Notes under the pieces: generated by a model | Database searches by the model: none | The model's input: the letters and a program-made list of their open reading frames with translations, nothing else | Told to the model about the DNA's origin: nothing | In this document: piece after piece, positions 57,798 to 64,000 of the stretch | Layout: the number at the start of each line of letters is the position of its first letter | Numbering within the stretch: the stretch's first letter is position 1 | Program-made: the position numbers and the translations under genes | Origin: Patescibacteria group bacterium | Lineage (GTDB): Bacteria; Patescibacteriota; Minisyncoccia; Phycocordibacterales; JBBTRF01 | Length of the DNA stretch: 64,000 nucleotides | NCBI GenBank assembly: GCA_038065315.1 | Contig: JBBTRF010000001.1 | Span: forward strand, 528,458-592,457 | Direction of reading: 5' to 3'

Positions 57798-58760
57798 TTA
57801 CCTGAACAGTTTTTGATGTGTATCGCAGAAATGCGCGCCGCGGCCACCCATGGCTAGGCGGCGAATCGTACCTTTGCAACCGCGGCGCTCACAGGGTTTG
57901 CTGGTGTTGCGATATGCGTGATGGTGGTAATGAAATGCACCGCGCTCACCCATGGGGTTGCGATAGTCAGAAGTAGAGTCGCCGCCGAAGCTAATACCTT
58001 TCTTGAGAATTTCTTTAGACTTTCTGTATATTTCCTTCATCTTTGCCAGTGGCACTTTGCTCACGGTGCTCGCAGGGTGAACACTCGCGGCCCACAGGAT
58101 CTCGTCGGAATAAATGTTGCCGATGCCGGCGAGCACGGCTGGATCCATCAGCACGAGTTTGATCTTGCCCGTTAGCCGAGTGAGGAGGCGTTCGTGGAAG
58201 AGATGGAAGATGAAGGTGGAGTCGAGCGGTTCGGGACCGATATCAGAGAGATGCTCGCTTTCATGCGCGCTGGCCGTCGGTACGACGGTGACTTTCGCAA
58301 ACTTTCGGACATCGGCCAGCGCGAGATGCGTTCCATCTGCAAACGAAATCATCATATGCACGAAACGGCTAAAAGGATCTTTCAGAGCTTCAGGCGAGAG
58401 GGCTTCCCACGACACTTTTTTGCCAGTGCCGATTTGTCTGTATTTCCCATACAGCAAATGCCCAGTCATCTTCATGTGTACGATGATGGTGTGTCTTTCG
58501 ACACCTCGGCTGCCGGTTTTCTTTCCCGCACCGCCGCCTTCGATATTGATTAGTACATTTTTCCCGCGACGGTGCGTCTTGGTGATGCGCGCACCAATCA
58601 AAGTCTTGCGGAAAGTCGCGAAAAACTCCGGATTTTTGATATTGTCCTTGCCGGCGTAGTGGGGGCTATTGTAGTCGGTCCAAACATCAGCGATCGTCCG
58701 TCCGACGACGAGCTTGCCGAGCATGGTGGCCGTAGTATGTACCTCGGGGAGTTCGGGCAT
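57798..58760 (-). CDS. mutM: Formamidopyrimidine-DNA glycosylase
   Basis: MPELPEV, RRGK, HMKMTG, GIGNIYSDE, C-terminal zinc finger. Confidence 0.95.
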   Translation of the reverse strand: MPELPEVHTTATMLGKLVVGRTIADVWTDYNSPHYAGKDNIKNPEFFATFRKTLIGARITKTHRRGKNVLINIEGGGAGKKTGSRGVERHTIIVHMKMTGHLLYGKYRQIGTGKKVSWEALSPEALKDPFSRFVHMMISFADGTHLALADVRKFAKVTVVPTASAHESEHLSDIGPEPLDSTFIFHLFHERLLTRLTGKIKLVLMDPAVLAGIGNIYSDEILWAASVHPASTVSKVPLAKMKEIYRKSKEILKKGISFGGDSTSDYRNPMGERGAFHYHHHAYRNTSKPCERRGCKGTIRRLAMGGRGAHFCDTHQKLFR

Positions 58761-58774
58761 GCGTCAACGATACG

Positions 58775-59359
58775 CTATTTGCCGAGCAATTTCAAAGCCG
58801 CCTTGAGTTTGTCACTCGTCGAGCCACTCGCCGCCACCTTTTTGTCGATCTTCTTCAAAGCCTCGCGAGATTCGCGCTCCGAATAGCCAAGACTCTTGAG
58901 TGCCTCCACGGCATCGGATTCATCTTGATACACATCGTTCTTGAAACGTTCGTCGGAAAACTTGTCCTTCAATTCCATCACGATCTTCTCGGCATTCTTC
59001 TTGCCAATGCCGGAGATCTTCGTCAAATGTCCCGGCTCTCCCGTAGCAATGGCGCCTCGAAGGGTAGAGACAGAGGCGAGAGCGAGGATGCCGATAGCGG
59101 TCTTTGGGCCGATGCCGTTGACGCTAATAAGGTGTTCAAAAAGCTCGAGAGCCTCGCGATCCAAAAAGCCATACAAATCCAAAGCGTCATCGCGCACGGC
59201 CAAATAGGTGCACAGACGCACCTTGTCGTCTACCCCCACGCTGGCGAGCTTGTCGAGGGTCTCAGGGGTGACGCGCACCTTGTAGCCGACGCCGCCAGCC
59301 ATCACCACCATATATTGGTCGTTGCGCCACGAAATGACACCTTCCAATTCTGCGATCAT
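58775..59359 (-). CDS. ruvA: Holliday junction DNA-binding protein RuvA
   Basis: GGVGY, LYGF, VNGIGPK, ISGIGKK and ALKSLGY motifs. Confidence 0.96.
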   Translation of the reverse strand: MIAELEGVISWRNDQYMVVMAGGVGYKVRVTPETLDKLASVGVDDKVRLCTYLAVRDDALDLYGFLDREALELFEHLISVNGIGPKTAIGILALASVSTLRGAIATGEPGHLTKISGIGKKNAEKIVMELKDKFSDERFKNDVYQDESDAVEALKSLGYSERESREALKKIDKKVAASGSTSDKLKAALKLLGK

Positions 59360-59422
59360 GAAATATAGTATAGCACTTTGAGGTATAATAGAGCGTAATC
59401 ATCAAATAACGCAGCATATCCA

Positions 59423-59839
59423 ATGACCCAAAAACCCATTTCAATCATTATTTTCCTTGTCGTCGCCGGCGTAATCATCTTCGCTGTCCTTGGTTTGAGA
59501 AAGGCTCCAAGCACGGCGCCTATTTCGACCCAAACCCAAGCCACCACCTCTGCTGCTGGTACCTCGTCATCGACTCCGGCCTCCATCGCCGTGGGCGAGG
59601 GGTTGCCGGTATACACATTTGCTGATGTCGCGAAGCACGGGTCTCCAAAGGATTGCTGGACGACCGTGAACGGCAACGTGTACGACCTCACGCCCTTTGT
59701 CGGCAAGCATCCTGGCGGCGAAGATATTTTAAAGGTCTGCGGTATCGACGGTACGAAGCTCTTCACAGATCAACATGGCGGCCAGGCGAAGCAAGAAAAC
59801 CAATTGGCCGGCTTGGAGATCGGCGTGTTGGCGAAATAA
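59423..59839 (+). CDS. Membrane-anchored cytochrome b5-like heme-binding protein
   Basis: VAKH...DCW...VYDLT...HPGG...DGTKLF...H. Confidence 0.9.
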   Translation: MTQKPISIIIFLVVAGVIIFAVLGLRKAPSTAPISTQTQATTSAAGTSSSTPASIAVGEGLPVYTFADVAKHGSPKDCWTTVNGNVYDLTPFVGKHPGGEDILKVCGIDGTKLFTDQHGGQAKQENQLAGLEIGVLAK

Positions 59840-59851
59840 TCGACACGTAAC

Positions 59852-60271
59852 ATGAAATTCTCAATCAATTTACTTCCGCAATACGCGCCGACCGTGTTGC
59901 GCGTCGGTATTTCGCTGGTCTTTCTGTGGTTCGCCTTTCAGCAATTGACCAATACCGATGCGTGGACCGGCTTCGTACCAGATCTCGCCGTCTCGCTTTC
60001 CGGCTTGTCTGCCGAGACTCTTGTGTTGTTCAACGGCGTCTTCGAAGCGGTGTTTGGTCTCGCGCTACTCGTCGGCTTCTATACTCGCCTCGCTGCCGCG
60101 CTACTTTCGCTCCATCTATTTCACCTAGTGTTCGTCGTCGGCTACAGTGCTATCGGCGTGCGTGACTTTGGCCTGGCGGTCGCGACTCTCTCCATTGCTT
60201 TGGCTGAGGTGGATCGTTGGACGCTCGAGGCCTTTCTGATGCGCCGCGCGGCCGCAGGGGCGGTTCAATAA
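59852..60271 (+). CDS. DoxX family membrane protein
   Basis: LRVGISLVFLW...GVFE...LLVGFYTR...VRDFGL. Confidence 0.85.
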   Translation: MKFSINLLPQYAPTVLRVGISLVFLWFAFQQLTNTDAWTGFVPDLAVSLSGLSAETLVLFNGVFEAVFGLALLVGFYTRLAAALLSLHLFHLVFVVGYSAIGVRDFGLAVATLSIALAEVDRWTLEAFLMRRAAAGAVQ

Positions 60272-60285
60272 TCACTCATTTGTCT

Positions 60286-61590
60286 ATGGAACAACGCATT
60301 CGCATCGTGATAGTGGGCAACGGCTTCGGTGGGGTATACACCGCGCGACATTTGCAGTCGCTCGTGGAACGCGGATTGGCCGAGATCACGATCATCGGGC
60401 GAGCGAATCATTTTTTGTTCACGCCGCTGTTGCATGAGGTGGCTACGGGAGGCTTGAGCCCGACGAGCGTAGTGGAGCCGTTGCACGAAGTGTTCCGCCA
60501 TTCGAATATCCGCTGTTTGGAAATGGAGGTGGGGAAGGTGGACCTCGCTGAGCAGGCCGTGATCGGTGCCTGTCGCGGCACGCCGGAGCGTGTCTCGTAC
60601 GACTATCTCGTGATCGCTTCGGGTGCTGAGACGAATGCATATGGCATCAAAGGCGTGGCTGAGCATGCGTATGCCCTGAAGACGCTGGCGGATGCAGTGG
60701 CGATCAGAAATCGCATTATTCAGGCGGTGGAGGAGGCGTCGGCGACGACAGATGTGGTGAAGCGAAAGTCACTCCTCTCTTTTGCGGTGGTGGGTGCCGG
60801 TCCGACTGGAGTCGAGCTCGTCTCCGAAATGATCGAATTCCTCGAAGAATTGGTTGGCGACTATTATTCCAAAAATCTCTCACTTGCCGACATTTCAGTG
60901 TCGCTCATCAGCTCCGGTCCGGACATTATCACGCAGTTTGTGCCAACGTTGCGGAAAAAGGCGCTCGATATTTTGACCGCCAAAAAAGTGACGGTACTTT
61001 TGAATATGGCTGTCTGTGAAGTGACTGAGCAAGGCGTGCTCGCAAAATGCGGCACGACTGAGCCGAGCATGCTCTCTGCTGGCACCGTGGTGTGGGTGGC
61101 AGGGGTGAAGGGTACGCCAGTGTCGCTGGTGGAGAGGTCCGGTGTTGCTCCGGTCGTGGTACATCCTTCAGGTCGATTGGTCGTGAGCGAGCAATTGCAA
61201 TTGCCCGGGTACGAACAGGTCTTTGCGCTTGGTGACTCTGCCACGCATCTCGCTTCGCTAGACGGCCGGCCGCTCCCAATGCTCGCTCAGGTAGCCGAGC
61301 AGGAGGCCGAGGTGGTCGCGGCCAATATAAAATCCCTCATCGAATCTCGCATCTCCGGCCGCCCCGCCTCACTTTTCCCATACAAACTCACACTGAAAGG
61401 CATGCTCCTTTCGCTGGGGCAGTGGCAAGCTGTTGGCGACATCTACGGCTTCCACCTCTCCGGCCCGCTCATGTGGTGGCTGTGGCGCACCGCGTATCTC
61501 TCGAAATTTTTGTCCTGGCGCAAGCGCTGCAAGATTGTCTTCGAGTGGACGATCAACCTTTTTTCGCCGCGGGATATTACGAGGGTGTAG
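60286..61590 (+). CDS. ndh: Type II NADH dehydrogenase-like FAD oxidoreductase
   Basis: GNGFGG, FTPLLHEVATG, VVGAGPTGVE, FALGD and AQVAEQ motifs. Confidence 0.9.
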   Translation: MEQRIRIVIVGNGFGGVYTARHLQSLVERGLAEITIIGRANHFLFTPLLHEVATGGLSPTSVVEPLHEVFRHSNIRCLEMEVGKVDLAEQAVIGACRGTPERVSYDYLVIASGAETNAYGIKGVAEHAYALKTLADAVAIRNRIIQAVEEASATTDVVKRKSLLSFAVVGAGPTGVELVSEMIEFLEELVGDYYSKNLSLADISVSLISSGPDIITQFVPTLRKKALDILTAKKVTVLLNMAVCEVTEQGVLAKCGTTEPSMLSAGTVVWVAGVKGTPVSLVERSGVAPVVVHPSGRLVVSEQLQLPGYEQVFALGDSATHLASLDGRPLPMLAQVAEQEAEVVAANIKSLIESRISGRPASLFPYKLTLKGMLLSLGQWQAVGDIYGFHLSGPLMWWLWRTAYLSKFLSWRKRCKIVFEWTINLFSPRDITRV

Positions 61591-61700
61591 GGGCAGCTTG
61601 AGAGAGGTGACTTTTGCACCACCCTGTGCTAAAAATGAAGGAGTTTTTGACATCAACCATCAACCGTCGCGCAAGCGACTAACGGAAAGGTAAAGTCGGT

Positions 61701-62360
61701 ATGATCTCCACAACAAACATCTCGGGTTTCTCGTCGCTCCGCTCTGTGTTCGATCGCGCCACCCCCGAACATCATCAGACGTTGGCGAGGATGGAGTCTT
61801 TCATCGTCAGTGTGGCAGATGGAGCGTATTCGCAGGCAGGCAGTGCGGTAGAGCAAACCTTTGATGAGGGCGACTTTCACTCACTGGCCCGCATGGCTGC
61901 TTTCAAGGCTATCGTCGAATACCGTTCGGGTGGGGCAAGTCTGCCAAACCATGTCTCGGCTACGATCCAGCACCATCTCCAGGATGAAATCCGTCGTCTG
62001 AACCATTCGCGCCGCTTGTTCCAGGCGAGAATAATTCCATTCAATGCGCCCATCGACCCGACTGGGTATGATGAGGAAACCACACTGATTGACGTGTTTC
62101 CTGACACCGCCACGCTTTCGCCTTCGCTTCGCGCAGAGCTGGTTGATGTGTTCGAGATTCTTCGCGCCGCGCTCGACACGCTGGAAGATCGGATCCGGCA
62201 GATCTTCGAACTCCGCTTCCTCGAGGATTGGCCGGTCACGGAGATCGCCAGACGCTTCGGTGTGAGCGGGTCGAAGATTTACGAGCTCATCGAGAAGGGA
62301 ATCGAGGCTCTCCAGGGGCTCATCCCATTTTCTTTCCGTGGCGTTTCAAGTGCCCAATGA
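61701..62360 (+). CDS. Divergent sigma-70 family (FliA/WhiG-like) sigma factor
   Basis: Region-2-like FKAIVEY...DEIRR; region-4 HTH LRFLEDWPVTEIARRFGVS. Confidence 0.75.
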   Translation: MISTTNISGFSSLRSVFDRATPEHHQTLARMESFIVSVADGAYSQAGSAVEQTFDEGDFHSLARMAAFKAIVEYRSGGASLPNHVSATIQHHLQDEIRRLNHSRRLFQARIIPFNAPIDPTGYDEETTLIDVFPDTATLSPSLRAELVDVFEILRAALDTLEDRIRQIFELRFLEDWPVTEIARRFGVSGSKIYELIEKGIEALQGLIPFSFRGVSSAQ

Positions 62361-62390
62361 GAATCCCGAACGGGGGATCTGCAGTTTCAA

Positions 62391-62425
62391 GAAACCGGCT
62401 CAACAGAGGGCCGGTTTTCCTTTTT
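62391..62425 (+). terminator. Intrinsic terminator
   Basis: GAAACCGGCTC...GGGCCGGTTTT followed by T-tract. Confidence 0.7.
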
Positions 62426-62427
62426 CA

Positions 62428-62618
62428 TTGACTTTTCCTCGATAATTTGCTATTATACAGGTACAATTTCATCTCTCGGTTTTGTCCTTATATCTCAACA
62501 TATATTGTTACAGCGCTCGGAGACGGTTGCCAGCAAGGGTATTTAGCGGCATCAGCGCCCAAACGCGCACCCAGCCCTGCTATCGGTTGTAACAATAACG
62601 CAGTAATCATCTATATTT
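62428..62618 (+). promoter_or_regulatory. Promoter and structured 5' UTR of the DEAD-box helicase
   Basis: TTGACT-17-TATTAT; 12-bp helix 62503-62514/62586-62597. Confidence 0.6.
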
Positions 62619-64000
62619 ATGGAACATTCTTCACATGCCCCAAAAGCAGGCGGTTTTCGTACCAGCAGCCATGTCGCGCAGCCAGCGTCTCGCGCAGGCG
62701 GCTCTAGTGCACGATCTGGCGGCTTCTCACGAGGCGGCGCAGGACGTTCGTCCGGCGGTTTTTCTCGTGGTGGCTCATCTTCCGGTGGTCGCTCATATGG
62801 CGGCGGCTCATCTTCTGGCTCCCGCTTTAGCAGCTCACACAGCGGTCGCGGCGGGCATCGTGGCACCCGATCAGGTGGCGGCTTTAGCCATCGCGGTGGT
62901 GGACGTAGCCAACACATCGATATTTCTCGTTTCATCAACAAAGCCGTAGTCACTGAAGAGAAAGCAGTATTCGTACCAGAACATCAGTTCGTGGACTTTG
63001 CTGTCGACGCGCGACTCAAGGCGAACATTGTCTCAAAGGGATACAAGCTCCCAACCCCAATTCAGGATCGCGTCATTCCATATATTTTGAAGGGAAGTGA
63101 CGTCGTGGGTATTGCGAACACCGGTACCGGCAAGACCGCAGCCTTCCTCATTCCACTCATCAACAAAGCGCTCCTTGCAGGCGAGCCAAAGTCCAAGGCA
63201 CACCCAAAGACCCTCATCATGGTGCCCACCCGCGAGCTCGCGCAACAGATCGAAGGCGAGATCCACGGCTTCCTCAAGGGCCTCAAGCTGTATTCCGTAT
63301 GCTGTGTTGGAGGTTCCCCAATGGGCCGACAGATCTCTTCGCTCCGATACCACAACGACTTTGTCATCGGTACTCCGGGCCGATTGAAGGACCTCATCGA
63401 ACAGAAATACATCAACCTCGCAGAATTCCACACCGTGGTGCTCGACGAGGCCGACCGTATGTTGGACATGGGTTTCATCGCTGACATGCGTTGGATGATG
63501 GCTCGTATGCCAAAGCCTCGACACACCCTTTTCTTCTCCGCGACCTTGTCGAAGGAGATCGAAGGCTTGATCAAAGAATTTTTGCATGAACCGGTGATGG
63601 TTTCTGTGAAGACACAGGAGACCGCAAAAAATATCGACCAGGATATTATCCGCATCCAACATGGCATGACCAAGATCGACGTACTTCACGACCTCCTCAA
63701 CAAAGCGGAGTTCAAAAAGGTGCTCATCTTCGGCAAGACCAAGCATGGTGTGGAGAAGCTCTCGCACGTGCTTGTGGAGCGTGGCTTCAAGAGCGATTCT
63801 ATCCACGGCAACAAGAGCCAGTCTCAGCGACAGCGCGCGTTGGCGGGCTTCAAGGCGGGTGCCGTCCAGGTGCTCACTGCCACCGACGTGGCTGCTCGAG
63901 GCTTGGACATTGTCGGCGTCACTCACGTGATCAACTTCGACATCCCCGCCACCTACGACGACTACGTGCACCGCATCGGTCGTACCGGCCGCGGTGGCAA
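62619..64000 (+). CDS. DEAD-box RNA helicase with N-terminal RGG tail (3' end runs off window)
   Basis: Manual translation: PTPIQ, TGTGKT, PTRELA, GTPGR, DEAD, SAT, ARGLD and HRIGRTGR motifs. Confidence 0.95.
   Translation, partial: MEHSSHAPKAGGFRTSSHVAQPASRAGGSSARSGGFSRGGAGRSSGGFSRGGSSSGGRSYGGGSSSGSRFSSSHSGRGGHRGTRSGGGFSHRGGGRSQHIDISRFINKAVVTEEKAVFVPEHQFVDFAVDARLKANIVSKGYKLPTPIQDRVIPYILKGSDVVGIANTGTGKTAAFLIPLINKALLAGEPKSKAHPKTLIMVPTRELAQQIEGEIHGFLKGLKLYSVCCVGGSPMGRQISSLRYHNDFVIGTPGRLKDLIEQKYINLAEFHTVVLDEADRMLDMGFIADMRWMMARMPKPRHTLFFSATLSKEIEGLIKEFLHEPVMVSVKTQETAKNIDQDIIRIQHGMTKIDVLHDLLNKAEFKKVLIFGKTKHGVEKLSHVLVERGFKSDSIHGNKSQSQRQRALAGFKAGAVQVLTATDVAARGLDIVGVTHVINFDIPATYDDYVHRIGRTGRGG

Noticed and set aside
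63033-63971. 312-aa minus-strand ORF
   Set aside because: Antisense shadow of the DEAD-box helicase
1-64000. CRISPR array, transposase or prophage
   Set aside because: No regularly spaced direct repeats, cas genes, transposase or phage structural genes were seen

Overview
Chromosomal segment of a Patescibacteria/CPR (Parcubacteria-like) bacterium containing the replication origin. The lineage is inferred from gene content and order: yidC-rnpA-rpmH / dnaA-oriC-dnaN, a relaxase-free PrgI/VirB4/VirB6-like/pilin cluster, and shortened YebC and PolA. It mostly encodes housekeeping genes (xerC, rpsO, pnp, murE, pcrA, rsmA, tyrS, ruvABC, polA, holA, tsaE, mutM, a DEAD-box helicase), plus two type II TA pairs, one tRNA-Lys and a cyt-b5/DoxX/NDH-2 module. 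The most unusual signals are non-coding. (1) A stand-alone ~215-nt RNA gene between rpmH and dnaA, with its own promoter and terminator, is a miniature of the 16S rRNA 5' domain (h7/h11/h12) with compensatory changes. (2) Two further stand-alone structured RNA genes (~310 and ~400 nt) share 5' and 3' end motifs. One carries colinear 16S-like words and the other is complementary to the leader of the LysM-M23 gene. (3) A covarying ~105-bp structured element occurs in two copies. (4) Genes throughout have a leaderless architecture. All RNA structures and alignments were read by eye and are not computed.
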